A DNA stretch of 63,993 nucleotides, filler included, from Dimargaris cristalligena (taxonomy: Eukaryota), in NCBI GenBank assembly GCA_003614675.1. It is 6 parts of 6 records of this genome, joined end to end, with 100 filler letters (N's around TTAATTAATTAA, not from the genome) between each part and the next. Parts side by side here need not be neighbours in the genome. Positions count along the whole stretch, not along the records: positions 1 to 10,654 come from ML003166.1; positions 10,755 to 21,408 come from ML003167.1; 4 more parts are not named here. One strand, given 5' to 3'. The notes under the pieces are model-generated. The model did no database searches. It saw only the letters and a list, made by a program, of their open reading frames with translations, and was not told the origin of the DNA. This document shows positions 1 to 11,075 of this stretch, piece by piece (the stretch's first letter is position 1; each line of letters starts with the position of its first letter). A program made the position numbers and the translations under genes.

Positions 1-1200
1 GGCCGGGGTTGCGGAGTTTTGATCGATTTGAATAAACATTTCATTATTTTCAGTTGGGCATTGCCGACTGGTTATTAAGCAGTATATATGGGTTGGGAGG
101 TATTAGCGAATCTCTCGGGTGGAGAGCTAGTGGAGGTGTTCAAGAACTACAGTTCTCCCTGTGTATCGTTTGGTATTTTGTAATATTACAACCCCATCTC
201 CTCCATCAGTACCTGTCATTTGGTAGTTATATTCCTGCTCAGTAAACTACACCATTTTGTACTGGATTCATACAACCTAACTCACCCACTCACTGATGGT
301 GCATCGCCCGGCTGATGTCAAAAACCGGTCTGATAGTGTGTAACCTCCATTCCGGGTAAATGGTATAAACAAAAGGAGGTGGTTTTTGTGTGGGTGCCAG
401 ATAAAGGAAAGGGGGTTTTGGTGGCAAATCTGGCCCAGTTCCTGCTTGAATCTATTTTGGTCATATGTCTGGAGAAGTATTTACATAATAGTGGCGGGTA
501 ATAACGGGACGAACCACTATTATTATATACCTGTAATAGGCAAAATTAATCTGGACGAATAACAGTGGGCGAACACGCCAGGTGGTTGGTGACGAGATGG
601 GCCATCGAATGACAAATCCAACAGAAAAGGGGTTCAAGGAGAAAGCGCGTAATTGGCTCACCCCTGCCCAGAGTGGCGTGGCCCTTTTACCGTTTTTGAA
701 CAGTGCGTTGCTCAATTCGAAGGGGTTTCTCTGTATGCATGCATATTGGCTATGGGAGGAGCATTGAGTCTCTGTATGCTCCCCCGCCTAATTGGTGGCC
801 GGGGGAAGACGGGGAGGTGTTGGGGGGGGGGGTCACCACCACCATCTACGACGAAGGTATGGCCCAACCACATCCCCGCCGTTGCCATTGGACACATTGC
901 CTAGGGGGGTTTAGGTCCTTAAGATTTCCCTTAATAAAAGGTCCACCCCCACCTCTTTTTTACATGCTTTTAATACTTGTGGAGAAAGTAGGCTCTTTTC
1001 TATTTCAGTGGTTTGGTCTTGTACCCCGCATTACTCTTTTCTCCCATACTTAAACTTCCTTCAATTAAGCCTTTCCCAACGAACCGCCTTTTATTCAGTT
1101 TCTTCATTTCCCCACCGCCATTGTATTTCACCACCTTCTTCGCCCCTCCTCTTTTTACTCGACATTATTATCACCACCCCTTTCTACTATATTCCTAACC

Positions 1201-2334
1201 ATGTTTACTGTTAACGCTCTGGACTTCCAACCGGGCCAAAAGGTCCTGATTCTTACCTCGTCTGCCGCCGACTCCGTCCATGCCGACAGCGCCCTAGCCT
1301 ATATCCAGGGCAAGATCACCGAGTCTGGCGAGGTGACTGTGCGCCCCTTTGAACAGCTTAACGAACCCACCTCCCTGCCCGCCTCCTATTACGACTGGAT
1401 TCTGAGTCAGCTCTCTGACGCGTTGCCCCTCCCCCACTCCGCCAACATCTTCGCACAACTGATTCTGGCCCTGAAACCCGAGGGTACCCTCAAACTTTCG
1501 GAGATCTCCGTGGCGGGAAGCCCCAGCCCTTCCGAGGATAGCCCACCGGTATCCATCTCCACCCCCGACCAGATCCTGTCCTCCCTGATTCTGTCCGGCT
1601 TCGTCGACAGCGTCTCGGGCGAGTCCATTCACCTGCACAAGGACGAGTTGCGTGAATACATTGCCCGGGCCCTTAAGGACCTGCCCATGGACAACCAGGC
1701 TCTGATCGTGCAGAACCTCATCGCCCACGGCCTGCAACGCGTCCAGTTCACCGCCCAGAAGCCCAACTACGAAGTCGGTGCCGCCTCGGCCCTGCAGTTT
1801 GGTCGGAAGCGCAGTAAGAAACCCGTCAACAGTTCGGCGGAGAGTCTGCCGCTGGCCAAGAAGGCCGTGTGGACCATTTCGGCGGATGGAGACGACGACA
1901 ACGAGAATAATAATACCTCCTCCGGGCACGGTACTTCCACCGCCGAGGCGGACGCTGAGGACAACGACGACTTCATTGATGAGGACGATCTGCTCACGGA
2001 AGAGGATCTGGCCAGGCCCGATGCCGCCGCCCTAAGCCGGCCCGACGACTGTGCCACTAAGCGCAAGGCCTGCAAAAACTGCAGCTGTGGACGGGCCGAA
2101 GAGGAAGAGGCCCAGGAACTGGCAGTGAAAATGGCGGAAGCGGCCAAGGTGGCCGAGGAAACCAAAATTACCCCCGTCATTCCGGCCCCCATGCCCAAAT
2201 CCAACTGCGGTAACTGTACGCTCGGCGATGCCTTCCGTTGCAGTACCTGCCCATACTTGGGCTTCCCCGCCTTCAAGCCCGGTGAGACCATTCAGCTGGG
2301 CGGCAACATGCTTGCCGATGATATCGATCTGTAA
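1201..2334 (+). CDS. DRE2: Fe-S cluster assembly protein Dre2 / anamorsin (CIAPIN1), 377 aa, intronless
   Basis: Degenerate N-terminal methyltransferase-like region (YDWIL, LKPEG), an acidic linker (FIDEDDLL) and two C-terminal Cys motifs, [14 protein letters not shown] and [27 protein letters not shown]. Strong C-ending codon bias. Confidence 0.97.
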   Translation: MFTVNALDFQPGQKVLILTSSAADSVHADSALAYIQGKITESGEVTVRPFEQLNEPTSLPASYYDWILSQLSDALPLPHSANIFAQLILALKPEGTLKLSEISVAGSPSPSEDSPPVSISTPDQILSSLILSGFVDSVSGESIHLHKDELREYIARALKDLPMDNQALIVQNLIAHGLQRVQFTAQKPNYEVGAASALQFGRKRSKKPVNSSAESLPLAKKAVWTISADGDDDNENNNTSSGHGTSTAEADAEDNDDFIDEDDLLTEEDLARPDAAALSRPDDCATKRKACKNCSCGRAEEEEAQELAVKMAEAAKVAEETKITPVIPAPMPKSNCGNCTLGDAFRCSTCPYLGFPAFKPGETIQLGGNMLADDIDL

Positions 2335-3250
2335 ATCGGACTGGTTTACGGGTGTTATCATGGCCACAAAAATATCAAAATCAACCCTCAATGGCGGGAA
2401 CCTTTCCTAGTAATAGTTAGTTAGTTGACGCATGCTTTATGGGGTGGATATTATCGATTCATCCCCATTCCCTACTAGTATAAGGTATAAAGAAAAACAT
2501 CCAACGCCCCCTTGATTACTTTGTATAACTTCAATATGGGTTCCATGTTTACCTTACCTTTTTTTTTTGAATTTAACTATTCTTGGTGGTGTTTGGTTCA
2601 CCCCACAGACCACTTATCGCGTATCTTTTTTTTGCCTTTCATATGCCCTAATGTAAAACATATTCACATCCAGCCCAAAATACACGTGCTTTAATTTGGG
2701 ACCCCTGCCTGGGTTTGTTGGTCAACGCCGCCCCACTCTAAGTCCAAATCTAAGATATAGTATGCCACATCGCTATTGTATAAGACAATCAGCTATGAAA
2801 CTCAGGCGAGTCAGACAAGTAGGGGTGTGGTTCCCAGGGGTCAATGGATGCTTATAGAAGTCAGGGTAGAGAATGTAAGGGGGAAAGGCGATGGTGGAAG
2901 CCGGTCGATTGCTGGCAGAGTAAGTATGAGAAGGTTCATACCAGAGATCGGACAATAGCTTAGTAATATAATGTAATAAGGGTGGGAGGGGGAGTCCGTT
3001 AAAAATCGAGCAAAGGGACCCGAGGTATAGTCCACCCGTTGGGGTATAGAAGGTGTGGTGGTTTCCTTACAATTGTCCTGTTTGGTTAAAAGGGGGAAGT
3101 GTGTAAAGTAATAGGAGAGAGAGGTAGAAATGAGGATGGACGGGATTTCCAAGGAAAATATCTGAAGAGGAGCAGAGGGGTTTCTATTTTGAAGTAAAGT
3201 AATTGTAGGAGATTACGCAGTGTAGAGAATAGGGAGGGGGGAACTAGGGC

Positions 3251-6200
3251 CTAGTTGAACACGGAATCGAGATAACCCTGGTAGTCGTATTCGGTTTTGG
3301 CTCCATCCCGAGTGGGCATGTGGTCGACCAGATAGGCCACTACGGGCGGGGGAAGATGAGACACCTTCAGGTCCATTTCGGTCACATAGGGCTTATACGG
3401 GTAAGTGTAGAAATTACATGTATGTGGGTGTATATATGGGATTGGGGGATTAAATATCAGGTTAGTCTTAGGCCAATTCGAGGGCTTCGTACCCAAGCAA
3501 ATCAAGCAGTCTGTCGATAATTTGGATGCTAATGAACCCCAACCCATTTAAGATTTATAATGGGTAATCGTATGAAACCTACCTTGTCGCCGGCTACAAC
3601 GCTGAAAGAATGGCGGAGCTGTTCCGGAGTGGTCTGGTCCTGGGTAATACTGACCAAAAAGTTGATAAACGGTTCAAACGTAATGTGGTCCATCCCCCGA
3701 GCGGACTTGGCGAATACGGGGCCAAATTCCTCATCCGTATAACAATGGCCCAAACTTTCCAGGCTCGCGCGGAATTCCGCCTCGGTCAGGGCATTCGAGT
3801 ACCCCCGGTCAAAATGCCGGAACGTCGACTCGAATTCCTCCAACTGGCCGGGGGTCAGATTACTCATACTACGGGCCACCATTTGGTTTTCGATGAAGGC
3901 CAGCTTTTTGTTCAGGGCCGCCTTTAGGAGTGACAGATCAAAGGCCAGGTCGTCGATATTAAACACCGTGTAGTCGTTCTCCTCAATATGCGCTTCCTGG
4001 CATTTATCGTTGGCCACCTGGATCCCCGCGAATTGGTGCTCGAGGGGGCGGACCTGGGCCGCGAGTCGGTTGACCATCTTGAGCTGGGATTCGAGGTCAC
4101 CGCTTAAAGCCGCGATTTCCACACTCTGCTCCCGGACCCGCTCCTGGAACTGTTCGGCGAGGTTCGCGTATTCCTGCATGAGGCGGTCTTTAATGTCGCG
4201 GAGTTGCTTATTGATGGCCTTTCGACGGGCAATCTCCGTATCACACAGTTGCTTCCATTGCGTTTCCAAATCCTGGAATCGGTGGGAGGTGGGCGTTCAG
4301 TAAGAATAATACGTATAAATCCAAGGGTGTGGTATAAATAAATAAATATATATATATACGATTGTAAATTTCCTAGCCTGAGATAGTTTATAGAAAGTAG
4401 CAACTTCGAAAAAATACAATACAAGTTGTCTATAAACATTACATATATATATATATATACAGATAAGTTAGGACTTACCGCTGGTCGAAGACCCGCGGGG
4501 GGCTGGTAGGGCACCAAATTGTAAGTCTTGCTCTTCGTCTTAAGATTCCCGAGCAAGGTCTCCAGTTCGTGTTTCTCCGCAACCCACGTACGTTTCGTCG
4601 TACTCTTGTACGTATTAAACGCATGCGACTGGACCCTCACTTCACTGTACCCGTCGCTCAGCACATCCGCGCGCCACTGGGCCATTAGTTCCCGGATCTG
4701 GCCCATCAATTCCCGCACCCGTCTCTCGTAGTCCTGGCCCATTTCCCACACCGACTGCATGACTTCGGCGAACTTGCCTACCCGGCGGCCGGCCCGGTCC
4801 ACACGGTCGAGGTTGGAGAAGGCGTGGAAATACTGGGCCACGTACGTCATGACCGAGCGTTCGTCGGGTTTGGAAATGTCGCAGATGTCTTCAACATCGA
4901 GGAGTTTGGGGATATTGAGGAATTTTTCGGCCACCTCAAAGGCAAAGGCCGTATTGCGGTGGCGGTCGCTCATGTCGAGCTCGTAGAAGTCAAAGAGGTC
5001 CGGGCGATGTCGGTGGATAAGGGCACAGAAGGCGAGACCATCTTGCCAGCTGTACGTAAAATCCTGCACATTCACTTCAGGGTAAGGGGCGGTTTGCCGC
5101 TGACACCAAAGAAGCAGACCCTCCTTGGCAGTTAAGCCTTCCTCACTGTAAAAGGCGAGCAGTGTGATTATATATATCGGAGGTGGTTAGAGGCAAAGTA
5201 TATAGGAATACGTAGCCGAGTATTGCGCATTACGATGCACCTTGGTAAATAGCTAAGGGACCATAAACAATGAATTTGAGGCAGGTGGATTAGTATATAG
5301 ATCAACTTACTTAATCTCAGCAATAGTAAATCGCAGAATTAAAGTCCACAGCAGACCTAGAATAAGTTTGGCGTTTTGATCGACGATATCTAGAGGGGGA
5401 AAACAATGTCGGTTAGGATTGTAGAGTATGTTTAGTTGTAATTTGGGGCTGAAATTGAATCATAAGTGGTACCAAGGATTAAATTAGCATAGTTGGACAC
5501 AACAGGGGGGGGGGTTACCTTCGGCTCCAATATTGGTCAGGTTAACTCCGCGATAGCGGACAAAATCAAGGGCTCGGTTCATATTCTCTACTTTTTGGAT
5601 GCGAAGTCGTGGGTTGCGGTTGAAAGATCCCAGTGGGGTATCTCCGATGATTTCCTTATCGAGGAGTGGAATAAGCCGGATCATGGATTTACATATAAAC
5701 GGTTGGAGATATTTAGCAGATCCATCACACCTCAGGGGGATTTAAGGTCAGGGTTCGGAACGCCGATAAAATCGAGGTTCAGCAGGATATATATTTTATC
5801 GAGCAATGTACTTACCAATAATTGGATCAAAACGACACCATTGGATAGATCCTTAGATAGATTATTGACGGGTGGGATATTCCGGACTGAGAGTTTGTTA
5901 TTGAGCCTATAGCAATAATGTTTATATATGGTTATAAACGCGTATGTACAAGTATTTGTAAGCCGAAAATCTCCAGCAGTTGCATTGCGGCAACTATCAA
6001 GACCTAAATATATACTATAAAATTTGTCAAGGTAGGCTGAATTCGATTATACGTACCATTTTGTAAACGCTGGTGATGGCCGGAGTATGGTGTAACATGG
6101 TGAAAAAAGTAAATGTCGGAGTATGGTCAGACCAATCCAGCAGAGTGCGGAGGCGCCGGGGATATATAGAATAGCAGGGTAAGTGATGTGATAGTCCATG

Positions 6201-6448
6201 AGTCACTAGGGTTCGACAAGGTGAAGAGAGTATGTCGCACGGGTACGTAGCCTTTCCCCCAAGTCCCGAGCCTTGCTCCGAGCGATAGGGGCCAACCTTG
6301 GTTTGCCCTGGGCCCGGGTTGGCCTGTCATCGTGGCTCGCGAGTCGGCTCTCGAGTAGAAGACATGGCTCGGCAATAGGCGGGGCAGACGATTCGTACTT
6401 ACTCTTCTGCTGGACCATCTCCCAGGTGTTGCTCATGGAGGACATCAT
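3251..6448 (-). CDS. ain1: Alpha-actinin (fungal Ain1-type), 8 exons, 620 aa. Exons: 6448-6403, 6069-6057, 5906-5816, 5654-5519, 5389-5311, 5145-4479, 4272-3583, 3391-3251
   Basis: Manual splicing at GT..AG sites gives 1863 nt in one frame. It contains CH1 (QQKTFTKWLN, DLSNGVVLIQLLE, IQKVENMNRALDF, DIVDQNAKLILGLLWTLILRF), CH2 (AKEGLLLWCQ, SWQDGLAFCALIHRHRPDL, PDERSVMTYV), spectrin-like repeats and C-terminal EF-hands (QLEEFESTFRHFD, FSVVAGDKPYVTE, YDYQGY). Confidence 0.95.
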
Positions 6449-8099
6449 GCTTAGTGACGATCAGTATGGACCAGGTTCCGGGCGACAGGGGAATCCGAAA
6501 GAATAGGGGGCAATGCGGCGAAGAGGTTATAACTGGCGAATGGGCCAAGGAGAGGGGATAGTAGCAGCTGGGGGAGGTAGGGGCTATTCAGTAATAACAT
6601 AGACCGACAACTGGGCAGAGAGAAGAGAGTATGGGTAAAAGAGTAAATGTGAAGGGTAAACAAAGGCAGCCAGCGGGGCACTCACTCTCCCCTTAACCAC
6701 AATATAGTCGTCAGTCACCCATTGGCTATATATGCGCCGGATAAAAGTAAACAACCCGTGACTATGGAGGATCATAGTCGGTTGGTGGGGGTCGTACCGA
6801 GAGATGCATATTGATCCCTATCGTCGTTTAGCCGGGCATGGTGGGGAACTGCCCTCTATCTTTCCCGAGGGCATCTGCCCCATGTACTGCTCTGCCCAAA
6901 ACGGCAATAGAACGGATAGTGAAATGACATTTATCCGGCAGGTTTATTCAGGCCACTCTACTGCTTGCCGATGACATACCCGGCGTTGGTCCAATCGGAG
7001 AGAAGGGATGGGCTATTATTGCCGATTTAACGGCAAGACATTACCCCTGCTTGACATACCTCGGAAATCAAGCAGCCTCATACAGTCACGGTTACATCAC
7101 CCAGGCACCACCATTCTGCCAAGAGCAGTGTTTTGATCTATAGTCATCAATTGTTTGATTCTTGAGATTGGTGGAGTAATCCGGACAATATGTTATTTAG
7201 CCTGTGGGATAAAGCCAGGTGAAGGTTTACCATTCTATTCTCCAATAAAGCTAGCTTTGCAAAAATTGAAATAGAGCGGCATTCCTTGTGTATGGTTTGC
7301 CAAGGGAGGATCTGAGTACTTGGAAGCTACACAATAGATCACTATTTAGTTCAAAACTGTGGTCAGATTTATGGTAAGCTAAAAGTATATACCCAGGCCT
7401 TCAGCCACGTTAAGGGTCTCCACGATTAGTATGTTCAAAATTAAACGGCACTTTCTGGATAAAAATAAGCATAGTACAATATAGCCAAGGGTGTTTGATG
7501 TAAAACGCTGTTGGTGATGAAAGAGCAGATTGGTAGAAATGCTACAGTAGTTGACCGGTGCAAAGATTACATTGAAGTTGCTCCATACCATGCATTAAGA
7601 GTCGGAGTTGCTCCAACTGTGCTGCAAGACTGGCTCTTTTGAAGCGATAGTTACCCATGCAACTGTTAATCCATTTAGCTACACACCAAATCCTAGAAGC
7701 CATTCCCAAATTGTGTCTCGTGTGGTTAGTAGAGTGCATGGCTTGGTGGCTTACTCGGCATTGTATGGAGTGGCCCGGTGGGGGCCCATTGCTGAGTTGA
7801 TGGGTCAGAGACATGGCTACCCTGACCACTATGTCCAAGTTCAAATAAAGCCCAGTCGATAAAATCCAGCTGGGCTGATATAAAAGCCGATTCCTCGGTC
7901 TATACAACAGTTACTAGCATCCTCTTCCCTTTGTGCTATTTTCAACCTACACCAACCCATTTTTATTCTAAACAGTTTCCAATTCAAAAATTATATATAT
8001 ACAATACTACTATTATTTTATGTCTTCTACTTTTAAGGTTATCTTATCCAGATATCTAACCGATCGTACCTACCTGCACTCCACAAGCAATCTAGCACC

Positions 8100-8690
8100 A
8101 TGAGTAACATAGGCGGGTCAATGTGGGACTGTACCGGAATCCCAAATATCGCGATGGTCAATCAAGGGCCTGCCAACCAACTCCCCGGTCGCAACCCCAT
8201 TCCGCAATCTTATGACAGTACCCATGTTGGCGGTACAACCCCCATCGGCAATATAAGCAACCTTTGTGGGGGCACCTACCCTGGGAATCTTCACCCGGAC
8301 CTGCCAATGAACGCCACAGAAAACATCGATTGCTCGCACCTAGTAACCCACATGATTTGTCCCATTGAGGCTTACAACTGGCATTGTCCCCCGCCTCCGG
8401 AACCCACCAACTTCCCTCCGTGTCAGCCCCATGCTTACCCTACACATAGCCACGGATGGGCCCATTATCAAGCGGTCCTCGGCCGCATGTCTCTACCCGG
8501 TCCTCTCGTGAAGCCAATGTGCGGGGAATGCGCTCCGGAACCAGCATGGGACAACTATGTAAAAGGGAAACAGGAAGTTCATGTTTCGCACCAGCTAAGC
8601 CAGCCGCCCAGCAGCCAATGGAGTGAAGAATTCAGCGTTTGGCCGAGCACTACAACAGCCTCGGTGGCCATGGTTCAGGGCTGTTACTGA
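8100..8690 (+). CDS. Hypothetical Pro/Gly/Cys-rich protein, 196 aa (orphan or decaying gene)
   Basis: GC-richer ORF island in AT-rich DNA. ATG is in ACCATG context and a TATATATA lies at ~7992. No recognisable domain. Confidence 0.35.
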   Translation: MSNIGGSMWDCTGIPNIAMVNQGPANQLPGRNPIPQSYDSTHVGGTTPIGNISNLCGGTYPGNLHPDLPMNATENIDCSHLVTHMICPIEAYNWHCPPPPEPTNFPPCQPHAYPTHSHGWAHYQAVLGRMSLPGPLVKPMCGECAPEPAWDNYVKGKQEVHVSHQLSQPPSSQWSEEFSVWPSTTTASVAMVQGCY

Positions 8691-10066
8691 CCACTCGTAA
8701 CCCTCACTGTCGTCTGCCCGGGATGTTGAAAATGGCTTTTACTATATTCGGATAATTAAATTATCCCTATACTACTACTATTATTTTCAACGACCATTAT
8801 CACATTCAGCGGGTATTCCTTTAATCATGCCTTTACACCTTAGACTTATTGGCAATCCACCTCTACCAGGCCTTTCCCATTATTATTTGTCTACCAACAC
8901 TTCATTTATGCTACACCACCAGACATATCCCCTTCAGGCTTGGTATTTATAATGACCATCTGGATAATTTTTCAGTCTATTGATATTTTAGCTATACCCT
9001 ACAGGCACTTTAAGCTACTAATTATGATACTTCTCGTTCATCAAAATCCGATTATAAAACAGGGGGACTCCTCCCGCACTCATTACAATTACAATGTACT
9101 ACAAGGCAGATTTACATAACAAATTCCAAAGTTTCTAAAAAGAGAGAATACTGGAATCAATATTAATAAGGTCCAATAGCTAGGTGATCTCTAACCTCAG
9201 CCCTAAAGAAAAGACTGGTTTTATGAATGAAGATATGATCAGGGACCAGTGCACATTTATTAAGGTGTTAGAATTTTTAGAAATGGTGTGTATAGTAACA
9301 GCTTGGTATAATCTAATATGTGCACCCATTTTGGGGCAACCTTATTTCCAATCAACATTGGTGATTAATAGCTACTGCAACAGCAAAGGCTTCAGGCAAA
9401 AGTTATTCAAAGACACTGGATCACTTTCATTGATTAAGCTGGCAGTGTTTGGATCTGGGGTTCGTGGATCACGGATATTGATATCATCAGGTTAGTTAAA
9501 TGAACTACTATCAGCATTTATGGTATATTATACAATTGCGCCTGTTTCTCATGCCAGAGCCAAGTCCAAGTGCTAGTATGACTATCGTATTGGGCTAATA
9601 TTGTTATTGTGATCTGTTTGAATTACAGATGCATTGTTCCTATTATTATTAGTACAGTTATACTGCAGCTTGTTATTGAAGCACTTATAGAAAAAAATAT
9701 TTTGGTTCGAATAAGAGGCTACCTCACACTTCTTGAACCAAATGGCCGGCTTAATGGCATCGGTTTCATCTATCTGCAAAATATTAATTACGTGTCATTG
9801 GGGATTCAGATGGTGACCCTCCACTGTTATCATCATTAGGAACCTAGGATGATATAATTCAGACAAAATATAAAAAAAGTTGTAGCACCAACTATTCCCA
9901 AGTGGTCACCCACCTCAGTACTAAATTGGCTGATACCAACTTAACTTCGCAGATCTAACGGGATACGGTGCAAACTGGTACATATGGCCACAACTAAAAA
10001 AGTTTAAAAGCATTAAATTTTATTAGATATAGACCTATCAATTATTTAGAGCTAATGGTAAAATAT

Positions 10067-10654
10067 GGGAGAAATTCATCCAAGTTGTATAACGAAAAAT
10101 CCATTAGATTCAGCCAATATTACTAGTTAAAAATATATTTCCCATATAGTTTCCCATACACATATAATGTAAACCCTTATATAGCTGGGCCGAATTTACC
10201 TATATCGATGTGGGAACCCATTCCACTAGTAGGGTAGCCTGAACCTTTGATATTTCCTACACTTATGTATAATTACTAGACCTCCCTATTCCATTAATCG
10301 TCCATTACTGATGCAGTCATTTGGAACTCTTGTTTTATGTTCTATAGGTGGGGCATTGCTATTAGCGATAGTGTCATCGATTATATACATTTTAACTAAA
10401 TAAACTTATACTGTAATGAGATAAATCAAGTATAGTTCAATACAGCTGGGTTAAACTCTCAATGGCATTACTTTGAAAGTGTTGGCATATTGGGCATTTT
10501 TAACTAAGCCTTCCTAAACCGGGTATATCAAGTTTCTATGATGTTTCTTAGCTGGGTTGAATGTCGCCTAGATGTAACGAGTCGCCCTGTTTGGATTTCC
10601 ATATGGGTAAAGTTCAGCTTGGTTGTATAAGGGTTTAACCGATATGTGTATGGG
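10067..10654. mobile_element. MITE-like non-autonomous element with long TIRs (family D); right TIR truncated by the contig end
   Basis: 10153-10205 (cccatacacatataatgtaaacccttatatagctgggccgaatttacctatat) is an imperfect inverted repeat of 10601-10654. The left arm 10067-10205 also matches 23895-24034. Confidence 0.6.
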
Positions 10655-10754
10655 NNNNNNNNNNNNNNNNNNNNNNNNNNNNNNNNNNNNNNNNNNNNTT
10701 AATTAATTAANNNNNNNNNNNNNNNNNNNNNNNNNNNNNNNNNNNNNNNNNNNN
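10655..10754. other. Artificial contig linker (N44-TTAATTAATTAA-N44)
   Basis: Identical 100-nt spacer carrying stops in all six frames, recurring five times in the window. Confidence 0.99.
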
Positions 10755-11075
10755 CACATCTTACCCTTTACGGGCCCAAACGGGGCGGGAGGCGGCGCCT
10801 CGAGCCTAAGTGTCGGGGCCATCATTGGCATCGCCATTGGTGGTGCGGTATTCCTGGCCCTGGTGATATTGGGCGGATTCCTGCTCCACCGACGACTAAA
10901 AGATCGCCAATTAAAGGCCAACGGGTTTAGTAGACGGGACGGAATCCGACGGGCAGATACCATGCGCCGGACCATGAATGATTTGGGCATCCTTCCCGAG
11001 GACGTCGACGTCCGATATAACCCGGAAAACCCCCACCAGCCGGTTGTCTTCAGTCGGGTCAGCAATTCCCGCTAG
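10755..11075 (+). CDS. 3' fragment of a single-pass type I membrane protein (5' end lost at the contig edge)
   Basis: The frame is open from the contig start: HILPFTGPNGAGGGASSLSVGAIIGIAIGGAVFLALVILGGFLLHRRLK...SNSR*. It has a GAIIGIAIGG transmembrane helix followed by a basic stop-transfer segment. Confidence 0.8.
   Translation, partial: HILPFTGPNGAGGGASSLSVGAIIGIAIGGAVFLALVILGGFLLHRRLKDRQLKANGFSRRDGIRRADTMRRTMNDLGILPEDVDVRYNPENPHQPVVFSRVSNSR

Noticed and set aside
801..832. G-quadruplex-like G-runs upstream of DRE2
   Set aside because: Poly-G/C runs are common throughout this window's intergenic DNA, so nothing here is specific.
9184..9495. Shared IRDQC peptide with ORF 15597-15809
   Set aside because: Five-residue match with no extended alignment, so probably coincidence.
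10699..10710. Recurring TTAATTAATTAA palindrome every ~10.7 kb
   Set aside because: Always centred in 44+44 Ns between contigs of decreasing length, so it is an assembly/concatenation linker. ORFs 10703-11065 and 53634-53840 that end in it are artefacts, and no synteny can be inferred across it.
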